A stretch of DNA of 64,000 nt from Nemertoderma westbladi. Lineage: Eukaryota > Animalia > Xenacoelomorpha. Below, piece after piece: positions 1 to 12,329 of this stretch. Positions within the stretch are counted from its first letter, which is position 1. Each line of letters begins with the position of its first letter. Position numbers and translations under genes: made by a program. The stretch is from the NCBI GenBank assembly GCA_032718475.1, contig JAUCBJ010000732.1, forward strand, positions 62,001 to 126,000, read 5' to 3'. Below the pieces are notes generated by a model. That model was given only the letters and a program-made list of their open reading frames with translations, searched no databases and had not been told where the DNA came from.

Positions 1-216
1 CCTAAATATTTAATCTGAGATACAACTTCAATGTTAGCACCACTAATAGTAACATACATACCCAACCACAAAACTCTTAGCACCTTTTGGAAAGTAAAAT
101 AAGTACTTCGTGTTTATACTGTTAACTTTGATACAATGATGTAGCGAATACATTTCAAAAATATGGGATACATTTTGTTACCCGCTTAGATCACGAACCT
201 AGAAAATTCGCCCAAC

Positions 217-3200
217 TCAGAAATCAGCTTTTACTAAAGCATTATAATTTGATCCAAAGTTCGACATAATTTTGCTAAAATAACTTTCTGAGTTGTTTAA
301 GAGCTCCTTTGGTTTATCAAGTTCAACTATTTTTCCATTCGCAACAACTACTACTCTATCACTGCCCATTATTGTTTCAATTCTGTGAGCAATTATCAAA
401 ACTGTTAAATCTTTAAATTTAGTCTTCATAACCTCTTGAATAACACTTTGTGTTTCTAAATCAATAGAGGAGGTAGCTTCATCCATTAAAATGATTTTAC
501 ATTTTCTTAGAATTGCCCGACCCAAACATAACAATTGTTGCTGACCTGCACTAAAATTAAAACCCCTTGACTGGACACGAAGTTTATCCAAATCATTATA
601 GTTGCTCTTGACGGGTTTAATATCTGCTATTGAAAAACCACTTCCTTTGTTCATATTTAGTAAACGAGAGACTACTTCATCCTTCATCTGAACTGCTTCT
701 AATACATCCCAAATGTCACTATCAGAATGTTCATTGAATGGATCCATATTATCACGCAATGATCCAGCGAATAACACAGCGCCTTGTGGTACTACAGCAA
801 TGGCTCCACGTAGTGACTTTAGTGGTATATTAGCTATATCAATCCCATCAATCTCAATTATGCCTTCATAATTAGCTAACCTTAATATCGATGTAAATAT
901 AGAGGTTTTTCCTGCCCCAGTTCGACCAATAAATGCTATATTTTCCCCTGCTGCTATATCAATATTAATATTGTAAAGGACCTGTTTACTCGTATCATAG
1001 GTTAAACAAACATTAATAAGCGATATAGTTCCTGCATCTGGCCAGTTATTTGGTGGTGTTATGTATTCTTTTCGTATATATGGTTCTTCTTCAATCCTAG
1101 AGTACTGCATGACTCTTTCTACAGATGTCATGGTTACATCTACGTCAGTTGATAGCATTACAGCAAATTCAACTGAAATAGACAATGATAGAACATATGT
1201 CAAAGAGAGGTATGTCATGTTAGTATCTAGAAGAGAATCTGAGATTAATATACATAAACAGTAATTTATCATTGCAAACAAAGAACAGATGATATTAATG
1301 TTAATAGTGAGGAACATTTTCATTAGTTGAATCATGAACCAGGCTTCATTGTGTCTATCAAGGTGATTAAAAAACGTATTTCTGTAAGAATTTTGCACTT
1401 TGTAAGAGTGTATCACAGGAAGTCCCTCCAGTGTTTGTGATATGTGATCAAATATAGGATTGCGAAGAACTCCCTCAATTCTCTTTACATCACGCATAGG
1501 CCTCAATGTGATCTTCCGAACCCACCACAGCATTGCAATCAATGGGATAGTTGGTAAGAAAATCCATGGATTTACATATGCTGATATTATGATAATAATC
1601 GTTATATTAAATGATACATGCATAATATCTGTAAGTAGGTCAGGTAACATATCATCCATTACACCAATATCTTTGGAGAATCGGTTAAGAATTTGCCCAA
1701 TAGGTGTAAAATCAAAAAATTTCTTAGGAGCCTCAATGACTCTCTTGATTATGATGTTGTGCACTTTATGACTGGCTTTTAGAAATAGGGCATAACCTAG
1801 ACAGAGACTGGCTATAGTAGTTAACCAATTAAAGGTAACGATTGCAAAGTACACAAATACTACCCAGTTCCATGTCAGCCATCCAAAAATTGTTAGAATA
1901 TTTGTCTTAGCTGCAACTATATACGCATTATGTGAATCTGCAGTGGCCCATCCTGCCAACCAATAATTAATAAATGGTTCGCTGCCGTGGCAAAATATAG
2001 ACAGGAGCATCAATGATGTTGCCCTAGGAATGGTTATACCTGATTTCATATAATGCAAGTAAATATGTTTGCTAATGGAGCCCTTTTCAACAGGATCTTT
2101 TGAAATCTCATTCAAATCTTCCATTATATTCAGAGTGACACTTGAAATTAACAGCCTATCTATGCTGTCTTCTGCATCTTTAGCATCGAATACATTTTCT
2201 GAAAGAAAATCATTCCCATTAGTGCGTTTCATAAGCAAATGCAGTAAATCATATGTAACTGAATTAACTTCTGTTTGTTTACCATATGCCTTTACCTTCC
2301 CTTTTTCTAAAAATAAAATGATATCAGCATTCAGTAAATGTTTACTATCATTAGTTACCAAAATTATAGATGAACACTTTGACATATATCCTACCAAGCA
2401 TTGCTCAAAAATAGCTCTTCCAACATTATTATCAAGTGATGAAAATGGATCATCTAATATGTAAATATCAGCACGCGAATATATGGCTCTACACAAATTG
2501 ATCCTAGCCTTCTGTCCACCAGATAGAGCTATCCCCTTTTCCCCAACAATAGTAAAGTCACTGTTGGGCATAGCTGCTATATCAGGTCTCAGTTCACACA
2601 TATGAAGACATATATCGTACCATTCCTTCTCGAATTCTCTTTCAAATAAGATATTATCTCTTACTGTTCCACTAAATATCCATGGGGATTGGGGGACATA
2701 TGCTACCTTTCCTGATAAAGTTACCGAACCGAATGTAACTGGAATTTCTCCTAAAATAGCTTGAAGCAAAGTTGTCTTCCCTGAACCAACTTGACCAATA
2801 ACAACTAACATTTCAGTGGCCTTCACTGATACATTGATGTTACTGATAATTTCTTCTCTGTCTAGGAAACCAGCAGATAAATTAGATAATAATATTTCAC
2901 CAACAGTGATTTCTTCTCTTTCTTCTGTTATACGCAATACGTCAAACAAGTTATCATGAGCTAAAAGAAATTTGTCAATCCTATGAAAGCTAATATATAC
3001 TTCAGACATATTTCTTAATGCGATTCCTAATCGATCATATAAATGACATGAAAGATTAATAAGATACAGGCTGGAGAACACAGTTGTAGGATCTAAAACA
3101 CCCCCAAGGCATGAGTAAGACACGAAGGCCAAGAATCCAACGAATACATTCAAGTCTATCCAATAAAAAGACCTCAAGTATAATATCTTGGAAATTTGAT

Positions 3201-3909
3201 TGATTTCATGTTTGCGTAATTTTTTGATGAAAGATATATAAACTTCCTCCCAAATATTCATCTTTATTACTGTGATTCCATGAATAATATCATCTATACT
3301 TGAAATCCTATTGTCAGTTAATAGAGCAGCTGTGGTTCTCATCTTAGCAAATAATTTTCCAATGCAAATCTGCAAAGGAACAATGAACAAAATCAAAAGT
3401 GCCACAATCCCTCCTGCTAAACCCAGCATGTATACAAGAATAAAAGCTATAAGTATATTTACTAAAGGAGACACTAACAAGAAACTAAAACTGCGGGACA
3501 TTGTTTCTAAACGACCCAAATCATTTGAAACCAAATTAGTTATATGACCCACACTCGTATTTTTAAGGTCTGTAGTCGACAATGTAAGTATTTTATCATA
3601 AATCAATGAACAGCATGCTGTTTGTATCTCAGTAAGTAAAAGAGTATTAAGCAATTTTGAATTGTTATTTGCTAATAATGATATTATATCTAGAAAAGCA
3701 ATTAAGCACGTATACAAATAGGCATTTTGGGTAGAAATAGTACTATCTGGCATAAAGTATTTCAATATCTCACATAGAAGAATTGCCTTTATGGTCAAGC
3801 AACAATATCCCAGTAACATAATACTTGAGTTCTTCATGTAACACAGCCCGTAGGTTCGAATAATAACACATAGTAGAGATGTAGCATTCGGTTTTGTGTG
3901 AGACACTTC
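217..3909 (-). CDS. ABCC4/MRP4-like ABC transporter, exon 2 (TMD1-NBD1-TMD2-NBD2)
   Basis: NBD1 has GQVGSGKT, LSGGQ and ILDD; NBD2 has GRTGAGKT, FSAGQ and LMDE. MRP motifs FFDFTPIGQILNRFSKD and SVERV are present. Acceptor tatttctacag|GAA at 3910/3909 is in frame, so the first 16 residues of the listed ORF are intronic. Confidence 0.93.
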   Translation of the reverse strand, partial: EVSHTKPNATSLLCVIIRTYGLCYMKNSSIMLLGYCCLTIKAILLCEILKYFMPDSTISTQNAYLYTCLIAFLDIISLLANNNSKLLNTLLLTEIQTACCSLIYDKILTLSTTDLKNTSVGHITNLVSNDLGRLETMSRSFSFLLVSPLVNILIAFILVYMLGLAGGIVALLILFIVPLQICIGKLFAKMRTTAALLTDNRISSIDDIIHGITVIKMNIWEEVYISFIKKLRKHEINQISKILYLRSFYWIDLNVFVGFLAFVSYSCLGGVLDPTTVFSSLYLINLSCHLYDRLGIALRNMSEVYISFHRIDKFLLAHDNLFDVLRITEEREEITVGEILLSNLSAGFLDREEIISNINVSVKATEMLVVIGQVGSGKTTLLQAILGEIPVTFGSVTLSGKVAYVPQSPWIFSGTVRDNILFEREFEKEWYDICLHMCELRPDIAAMPNSDFTIVGEKGIALSGGQKARINLCRAIYSRADIYILDDPFSSLDNNVGRAIFEQCLVGYMSKCSSIILVTNDSKHLLNADIILFLEKGKVKAYGKQTEVNSVTYDLLHLLMKRTNGNDFLSENVFDAKDAEDSIDRLLISSVTLNIMEDLNEISKDPVEKGSISKHIYLHYMKSGITIPRATSLMLLSIFCHGSEPFINYWLAGWATADSHNAYIVAAKTNILTIFGWLTWNWVVFVYFAIVTFNWLTTIASLCLGYALFLKASHKVHNIIIKRVIEAPKKFFDFTPIGQILNRFSKDIGVMDDMLPDLLTDIMHVSFNITIIIIISAYVNPWIFLPTIPLIAMLWWVRKITLRPMRDVKRIEGVLRNPIFDHISQTLEGLPVIHSYKVQNSYRNTFFNHLDRHNEAWFMIQLMKMFLTININIICSLFAMINYCLCILISDSLLDTNMTYLSLTYVLSLSISVEFAVMLSTDVDVTMTSVERVMQYSRIEEEPYIRKEYITPPNNWPDAGTISLINVCLTYDTSKQVLYNINIDIAAGENIAFIGRTGAGKTSIFTSILRLANYEGIIEIDGIDIANIPLKSLRGAIAVVPQGAVLFAGSLRDNMDPFNEHSDSDIWDVLEAVQMKDEVVSRLLNMNKGSGFSIADIKPVKSNYNDLDKLRVQSRGFNFSAGQQQLLCLGRAILRKCKIILMDEATSSIDLETQSVIQEVMKTKFKDLTVLIIAHRIETIMGSDRVVVVANGKIVELDKPKELLNNSESYFSKIMSNFGSNYNALVKADF

Positions 3910-4410
3910 CTGTAGAAATACAAAAAGGTTTAAGTTAGATGTAATATCGTGATTCATAATATTACAATTACCTGAAACACTCTTATCTATTCGAATTACA
4001 ATTAAAAATATTCAAAGATTCACATTTGCATCTATGATAAAATGCCATAAGTTTTTGTCTTACCATAAGGTGGCATTAGTGTCATTATCTTATTGACCAT
4101 ATCCACAACATTGTGTATTTGGTTATGATAAAAAAGAAATGGCGAATTAGAGTGTCACTAAACTATTTCATCCTTTTATTCAGATGGAAATAAAGTTATG
4201 TGTAAAATATAATATCAAATACAAAATCCCTATTCTAGAACTGCAAATATTAGGACCACTGTTTTGAGCCAAAGTGGCCACCAAACGCACTATTGATAGA
4301 ATTGTCTTTATCTACTGTATCCTTGATTAAAATACAATAAGTAGCAAATTAAGAATAAATTACAGTTACATTTTCAATTAATGGTATTACATTAATGGAA
4401 ACATATTTAC

Positions 4411-4638
4411 CTTTCTCCAATTATTGCGAAGTTTTTCAAGACATATTCTGGAATCCAAGCATTGGGGAAGTGGACGATAGAATGTATCTGGAGTTACCAG
4501 CTTCTTGTAATGACGAATTAGGAATGGAAGTATGTAGAAATGCCATATCCTTAAGAGAGGATGTGTTGATAGATAATGGTTAGAATGACTTTCTGGTGGG
4601 TTAATTAATCGTTGTTTCTCCTCCAGATCCATTATCAT
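4411..4638 (-). CDS. ABCC4/MRP4-like transporter, exon 1 (N-terminal lasso-like region)
   Basis: 76 codons ending LRNNWRK, then donor AAG|gtaaat at 4410. Phase-0 join to exon 2 gives WRKEV, resembling the ABCC4 N-terminus. Intron is 3910-4410 (501 bp). No TMD0 seen. Confidence 0.8.
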
Positions 4639-5599
4639 ATGGAGTTTGTTGAGGACCGCATTGGACTAGTTTGGTAGATTTTAATGACGCCACTAATAAT
4701 TATTATTTAGCTTGTTGTCAACACCTAGGCAAACATCACCTAGTACAGTTTTTCATATAATAACCTAAGGCAACTGAAACCAGATAGCTTCTTTCTTGCA
4801 GCAGGGTTCGTCCCTGAAGACAAAGCTAACAAAACATCTTGTGATACATAATAAATAGGCTAGTTTAAAAAAAACCAGTACATCAATAAATAGCTAAAAT
4901 AAATAGCCTACCATAGTTTATTTTCAACATTATGTCATTATTATTCTGCAATTATGAAACTTGATCGTTGAGAGATCAGATATTGATGTAAGAACAATTT
5001 ATTTATTTAATTTCCAAACAAGAAGTTAAAACATACTCGTAGGCATGTACTGTACATGCACGAGACTTAGCTTTGTGCAGTAATCTTCGATTCTATGTTT
5101 TACATTATTCCAGATTTACAAAGGGCTGGTAGGTGAGAAGTACAGTAGTCTGGGCATACTTACTTAGTATAGCAATCATGGTGATTATATTATATTCGGC
5201 TTAAAGTATCACAGATGAGTATAAAAGGGACCACCTATCGGATCAATTCACTCAAAAATTTTCCTTGCGACTGCCTGTAGTGCTCCCTATTTAGTGCAGT
5301 AATATGACTGACTGAGTTTGAAAGCACCCTAAAAATTTCAAAGTAAAAGGGAGAATTGATATTTAAATATTTTGTGGTCAGTCACTCTCTTAACCAGGTC
5401 TACCGAAGTCTTTTGGTCAGTTATTTTTATAATTTAGATATTGTTGGTTGTGCTGTTATTTTCAAGTTTATTTAGATTGGTGCTATAATTTGTCTAGGTT
5501 CTGCTGTTTCCCCTGTTCACTTTCAAAATTGACAGGGCAGTATTAGTACTGCCTAAAGGAATTCAACTACTAGGTAGAGCGAACTAGGACAGTGGAAAT

Positions 5600-6398
5600 G
5601 AGGTCCTTCAAGGTTTCCCGATTCTACATAGTTGTCCCACCATTTCGTTTTTCTCAAGTTCATTATCCCTTTCAAGCTGTTCTATATATGTTATTATAGA
5701 CGGCCATCCATGGGTTCACTTTCCATGTGTTGGTTGCCAAAGAAAGTGAATCTGGTATGACCTCGTCTTCACTTCTCCAGAAGTGCCCACTGAATCATAA
5801 TTTGCAATTACAGAGGGAAACAAAGGTACAAGAGTACACAAAACACAAAAGTACACTTTCCACTGTGGCTCAAAATAACATAGTCTTCAGGTGCATGGAG
5901 AGGTCTGATTTCCAGATGGTATATATTTTTGATAGAGCCACCTATGCCTTTGCTTTCCTAACTTCTATGTATTTTTTGCTACTCTCTATCCAATCCATGA
6001 TCCAAGGTACTGGAAGTCGTCAACTTTCCTTAGTTGATTATTATCACTTGTAGTTTCCATAAACGTTAAAAGTCATAAATTCTGTGGTCTTGGTAGCATT
6101 TATATCAAACCCCCTTAGCAGCCCTCTCTACTTTATTCAATAGAAGCCGTGCATCTGCTGTGATTCCTAATTAAATATAGAATCATTTTCTTGTATATTT
6201 TGGCAGCTACCACAAGCAGACAGATCCCACGATAGTTTGTTGATCCCCCAAGGTCTCCTTTCTTAGGGAGAGGCTTTAGTTGACCTTTAGTCCAAATTGG
6301 TGGTGGCCTTTCCCCTTCAGCATCCGGTTGCAAACATCCAATAATGGTGTGTTTCGTGTCCTGCTTTCCATAGCTCCGCAGGGATTTCATTTTATTTC
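5600..6398 (-). mobile_element. Degenerate, internally deleted non-LTR retrotransposon (RTE-like LINE) remnant
   Basis: RT N-terminal motif PLPKKGDL..TNYRGICLL..AAKIY (6133-6390). C-terminal motifs RFSGHFWRS, LWQPTHGK and TYIEQLERD near 5660-5800, broken by stops and frameshifts. Confidence 0.75.
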
Positions 6399-6589
6399 GT
6401 TAGACCACACTCATGACTCATCGCTTAGGAATGTGACACCCATAGGGTGTCATTGGGTGTCTTCAATTAATTAGTACATATAATCCCTAATAGGTGTCTT
6501 ACGACTCCTAATTCGGGTTTAATTCATTATTCTAATTAATCAGACCGTTTAGCGCCCTGACACCCAATGGGTCATGAGTGTTGTCTAAC
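6399..6589. mobile_element. Small MITE-like element with 19-bp terminal inverted repeats
   Basis: gttagaccacactcatgac (6399) versus gtcatgagtgttgtctaac (ends 6589), one mismatch. Internal tgacaccc/gggtgtca inverted motifs. No TSD seen. Confidence 0.6.
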
Positions 6590-6882
6590 TGTCACAAAGA
6601 GGACCAAAGTGAGACCACTACCCTCTTATTTATTACTATTTATTTGTATTTAATTTTAAATTAATTAATTGCATTACTTCTAGTTTATTTAATTGTATTA
6701 CTTTTACTTAATTTAATTATATTACCTATTTAATTTATAAATTGATTTCTATTTTTAGAATTAACAATAAATAGTTTTATTTATTACTTACCGAATGACC
6801 TCCTATGTTGTAATTATAAAAACGCAACTGGCCCTTGCGTTACTTGGGCCCTCCATCTACAGTAATTATAATTAATAATTAC

Positions 6883-7275
6883 AATCCACCTAGGTTTAAA
6901 CTTGGTAGGCATCTACTATAGCATAGGCTATACTTTACCTAGGAGGTTGATCGATCCGCAGTACTCCAGTCTGCCACTAGAAGGCAAAATGTTTCAAAGT
7001 GAAAACCTTATCTAATTTGGTTGTTTTTAATCCTTTTGAGCTGAAACTTGAAAGACATCTACTACAGAATAGGCTATACTTCACCGAGGAGGTTGATCAA
7101 CCCGCAGTTTTTCCAGTCTATCGCTAGAGCGCGAATTGTCTGATAGTGAAAACCGGATCTCATTTCATTGTTTCTAATCCATTTAGGCTGAAAGTTGGCA
7201 GGTATCTACTATGGCATAGGCTGTACTTTACTAAGGAGGTTGATCGACCCGCAGTTCTCTAGTCTGCTGTTAAAG
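6883..7275. repeat. Diverged tandem repeat, ~146-147-bp unit, ~2.7 copies
   Basis: atctacta...ataggct.tact...ggaggttgatc.a.ccgcagt recurs at 6911, 7057 and 7204. Confidence 0.85.
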
Positions 7276-7289
7276 ACTCGGATTTAAGA

Positions 7290-7535
7290 CCAGAGGCAGT
7301 CCTAAAGTCTCGAGTTTTAGGTCTGAGGCATAGTCTGGTCCTCAGTGAGGCATCTGGGCCTCGGTGAGGCATAGTCTTGCCTTCAGTGAGGCATAGTCTG
7401 GGCCTCAGTCTGGTGTGGCTCTTGTTGGTGCTGGTTCAATATTATTCTAGTTTGGCTCTTATTTGTGCTGGTACAATATTATTCTACTGTGGCTCTTGTT
7501 TGTGCTGGTACAATATTATTCTACTGTGGCTCTGG
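7290..7535. repeat. Two short minisatellites (~22-bp gaggcatagtctgg.cctcagt; ~37-bp gtggctcttgtttgtgctggtacaatattattctact)
   Basis: Direct visual repetition, 3-5 copies each. Confidence 0.7.
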
Positions 7536-8579
7536 TAGGTGGATCTTTGGACCATGATGTGACTATGGAAGGAGTTCAAACAAGTGATCATTGAAATTAA
7601 TTAATTAATAATTAATTGGAAAATAATTCCCACTTACAAAAGGGAAATGTGAATGAATAACGAACGTTACAAGTGTATCAGATACCCTGTGTTATATAAA
7701 TGGAGGGGACATGGGCATGGGCGGGCATGCGCAGTTTGGATATTGTCAAAACAAACCAGGCCTGGGTATGAGGCTGCCATATAGACATAACCTTCGAACG
7801 AACCGTCCGCTGACCGGCCACATTACTAGAAACAACATATAATTGGCCTGGGACTATAATCATCACAATCGTATCCATCTATATTGGATAAATCGAAGAA
7901 CAGAGTCTTCACTTCGCCAATACAGTGGCTGTATTGACTTGGGGTACCATGCAGTGGAAAGTATGTCCCCCACGTTTTCATACTACTGTACTGTAACAGG
8001 TAAGATGCATAGCAAACAAATAAATTACATTTATTGAAGTAAGTAAAAATTTAGTTTACACACTAAGGTAAGTATTTATCAAAAGTTTTATAGTACAGTA
8101 ATACTGTATATTGTAAATGATCGCCTTCACCTTTGCTAAAAACCAGCACTTGTCTTTCCTTATTACTTCTTTTATTGCGGCCTCAAATTATGTCACTGCT
8201 GTAGAGCACAATCGAATAATCGGATCGAAATGTAAAGGTTCTTAAAGGCTTCCTTTGGCATTCTGCCCAAACTTCTTAGTCAAAATTATAGCTTCTTGTG
8301 CAAACCCCTGCTACTAAATTTAGGAAAAGTTTCGGTATTTATTTTGTGATTTTTGTTATAATCTTTTCTGTACTTATTGGTTAATAATAAGTCAATTTAT
8401 CTTTCTCCCGAATTTCTCTTAACGTTTGATTTCTACTTCCATTCAACTTCCTGGGTGCTGTCACTGTGTTGCGACACCCTAGGGCGACAGGCTTCTTCTA
8501 TTCAACTTTCATTCAGTCATTTCAAAGGCCTAGGCCTACTTAAACTCAGATATCGCCACACGATACTTCCCTTCCTAGT

Positions 8580-11500
8580 CCAAGTATGCCACACTTCGAA
8601 CTGGATACACTTAACAATGGAGAACTTCACTGAGTCTACTCTGAGAGGTTGAAAGAAATCCACTAAGGGTGCTATTATGGCACAGATTTGGGAAATCTGT
8701 GCCCTCAACCCAACGACGGACAAACTGAAGGCGGATGTCACCCTCAACTCTACTTGCTTGTAGCAACGTAAAGCAACACTCCTCGATATCTTCGAGCTGC
8801 TACTTCTGAAGACTGCTGACGAAGGGCCGCCGAACTTCTTTCCGATGAGATGGAGTCGGAACTCGTCCTCGAGCATCCTCGAGGCCGAACTCCACCTTCA
8901 TCCGCTTCGAGGGCTGCTCTCCGCCAATGACCCGCCTTCTCCCGCCGACTGCGATTCAGTTGCGCCCTCTACTTCTGGTGTTGAGGCCCTTCTGTCAGCT
9001 TCGACTCTCCCAAAACTGTCTCTCCCCATGTTCTCTGGCAATCCTATGGATTGGAGACAGTTTCACGACCAGTTCATCGATATGTCTACTGTTTCACCTG
9101 CCACCAAGTTCGTCCATGTAAAGAACTGCCTCCGGGGTCCCGCTCTCACCGCCATGCAGGGCATCAAGTATGGTGGCGGAGCCTATGCCGCAGCCACTAA
9201 GGAACTGATTTCGCGGTTCGGGCTACCGAACGTTCTGATCGCACTCTACAGCCAGCGGATTGTGAATGCCCAAGCGGTCATGACCGACAGTCTAGACTAG
9301 TTATGAACTTTAGTGGATACCTTCTCTTCCTCCGTTCGGGAGTTAGAGTCTCTCTTCGAAGAAGTAGAGAAAACCGGACTCAATAGGGACCGATCCCCAT
9401 GCGCCTTCTCTATGAATCTAGCTGATCTCCTCCTGGCTCCGCAGCTGCTCTCAAAGCTGCCCAAGTTGATCGTCCTGGAGTGGAACTGTAGGAACGCCGA
9501 GCCTATGGGACGTCACAACCTTGAAGCGGTACTAGATTTCCTAAAGGCCGAACTGGAGGGCCTGGAATCGTATCACCAGTCGGGTGAACCTCCCAGACTA
9601 CCCATCCATCTACGAACCCAAACCAGCTGCACGCAAACCTTTGGTTAACTTCTCTTCCAAAATGCTGCGCCCCCCTAGCATTAAGGACACTCCACCCAGA
9701 GATCGACATGCGGCCGTTCGCTCACAGAATCTCTGCACTAACTGCCTGGCATCGGGCCACTATGTTTCCGACTGCCCCCAACCGCCTAACTGAAGGACTT
9801 GCTCTCAGAAGCACCATGGACTCCTTCACCATGATCTTACTTCCCCCCCTAGGGGATTCTCTTGAGTCAGCTCGTTCGCCCCGTCGGGTGGACACCGAAC
9901 ATCCCACTCTGCATCATCACATCCTCCCATGGATCCCTTGGTGCCGGAATTCCGACCCCCTCTGGTAAAGACTACTGTGGCTTGCCGACAAACGGAAACT
10001 GCCCACCTGCAGACTGCCGTGGTGACCACGAGCGACCACTGCCGAACTACTACTAGGAGGATCAGACTCCTCCTCGACACCGACTCGGAGGAGTCTTATA
10101 TAACTTCCGAGCTCGCTTCCTTTCTCGGGCTGAGGATCCGGGGTACGGCTTCCTTTGCCTCCGAGGCGTTCAGTGGCATTGTCTCACCCACCCTGGATCG
10201 CTGCCAGGTGGACCTTCTGCTCAGCAAGGGCAACTCTTCCCTCAGTGTGACAGCCTGGGTAGTCGACACTATCTGTTCCCCCCTGGTCCACAGAACCTTA
10301 GAGCCACTGACTGGCTCACGATTGACCTTGTGGACCCTGACCCCTCAGATCTCCATCCTACCGACTTCCTCATTGGAGCACTGCAGCTGCTCACTGCAGC
10401 ATGCCGATCCTAGTAGTAGTAGACTTCCTCATTGGTGCAGACCTCTTCCCACATATTCTCCTCCCTGGAATAATGGTCGAGGATGGGGTGATGGTGCAGA
10501 ACACAATCTTTGGTTGGACTCTTCTAGGACGCCATTCCTCTATGAGACCAAGACTCTCTCGGTCCTTCCGCATCTGTACCAGGGGACTGGACGTCCTATG
10601 GGACCTGGAGACCATTGGAATTACGCCCGAGACTGATGACAAAGCCTCAGACTCCTTTGACCACCCACACCTTTTTGGGGGTCGTTTCGAAATAGACCTC
10701 CCCTGGATCGACGAGCGCCGCCCAGCGAGTAACTATAGTCGAGTCCCCCCGCGCCGACTCACTCCCAACCATCTCGAAGGACTCAAGTCCCGCATGAGTC
10801 CCTGGGGTACACCGAGAGACTCGCGTCTCCACCCCCACTGCTTACTTATTGCCACACCATGCCGTGGTGCAGCATATAAGACACGAATTGTCTTCGACGG
10901 CGCCCGGAAGTCACCCAATGTGTTCGCGCTTTCAGACCTTTGGCAGTTTAACCCGCCAAATTAGGATGTCTTCTAGATAATAAATCGCTTTTAGCCTCTG
11001 ACAAGTATTTGATTCACTACACTAGTTGAAACCAATCTGTGCGCGATCATTCACCCGCTGGATATACCCGGGAGATTGACTTCGACGGCTTAATCGTATT
11101 GCTATGTAAGCCTACTGTATTATTCGACTGATCGTGTTATATAATCTCTGACAATATTATTCACCTTCGGGGAATATTAGCAGTTCCTTTAGGACGTGGC
11201 GCTCTATCTATATAAACAGAGTTATGACTTAAACTACTCACAACGATATGGCTTAGTTATAATTCACATATATGGCGCATTCTTTAGGAAATGCTTCGTT
11301 ATCAGTCTCACTCATACACAATGCTGCACAATACTGCACACTGATCTGCCGATCTTCACTGATTTTAGTCACATATAAAAGGAACACGGACCGACTCATG
11401 TAGGGTCTATCAAATAACATTAGATTCACTTCAAACCACTTTAACATAAGTCGCAATCGTTATATGTAACCTGTCTCTCTTACCTTCGGTATATCAAGAA
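8580..11500 (+). mobile_element. Decayed BEL/Pao LTR retrotransposon (gag, zinc knuckle, aspartic protease, start of RT; possible 3' LTR remnant)
   Basis: DUF1759-type gag LPKLSLPMFSGNPMDWRQFHDQF...KNCLRGPA; CCHC knuckle CTNCLASGHYVSDC; protease LLDTDSEESYIT; LIGADL, TIFGWTLLG, LWDLETIGI, GRFEIDLPW, KTRIVFDG. Split by stops and frameshifts. PPT-like cggggaata near 11168; the LTR assignment is weak. Confidence 0.85.
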
Positions 11501-12329
11501 TATTGGGGTTTCGGGGTTATTTCTCGTTATTCCAATATAATATTTCATCACCATATAATGAATAATCGACAGTAAATAGCAGTATAACAATATAAAAGTA
11601 TGTACAACAAGATATATGCATTGCCCAGTTGAGTTAGGTTAGTAGGTAAGTATTGAGTTGCACAGATAACGGATATATGTCCTTATAATTAAGCCTACTA
11701 GTGTTAGGCTAAAAGCAGAACAGCACAAAAATATTCCAAAGCCGTTCTTCCTGGCTCAGGACAGAATGATAACACTGCCCATAATGCATTGCGTGATTTC
11801 TCGGAAATTTCTGTACAAGAGCAGTAAAAACGCTCTGATTGGTTGACTGAACTAAGAGACACCGTAGAACAAAGAAAATCGACACAGTATGAATATCAGC
11901 TGTTAACCGTCGTCATAGTAACTACTGTTCAAGAGTATCTAGCCCCTTTTGCGTCACGGAATTGCCATAGAATCATCAACTATGCCTTCCACAATACACA
12001 TACGGAAGAAATAGCTCTTAGATCCTCTAAAAACACCGATACAGCAATAATACGGCCTCTTACACCTATTAAACCAACTACAGAGTATTTTACGGGAAAA
12101 ATAAGGAAAAATAACCGGGCAATTCCGCAAAAGCTTTTACACCGCTCCCAGAAAATGGGATTTTCAGTCTATAAAATATAAAAATCACAGTTTCTAAAAC
12201 ATAAAGATACTCTAAACAGTTAGTTTTCTTTGCGCGGACGGCGTTTACGCAGTTTCCCGAGGCTAGCCAGAGTCCTTTTCTCTTTGGGGCGAGCCACTTT
12301 ACTAGGAAGGCTATAACTCCTGGGTAAAG

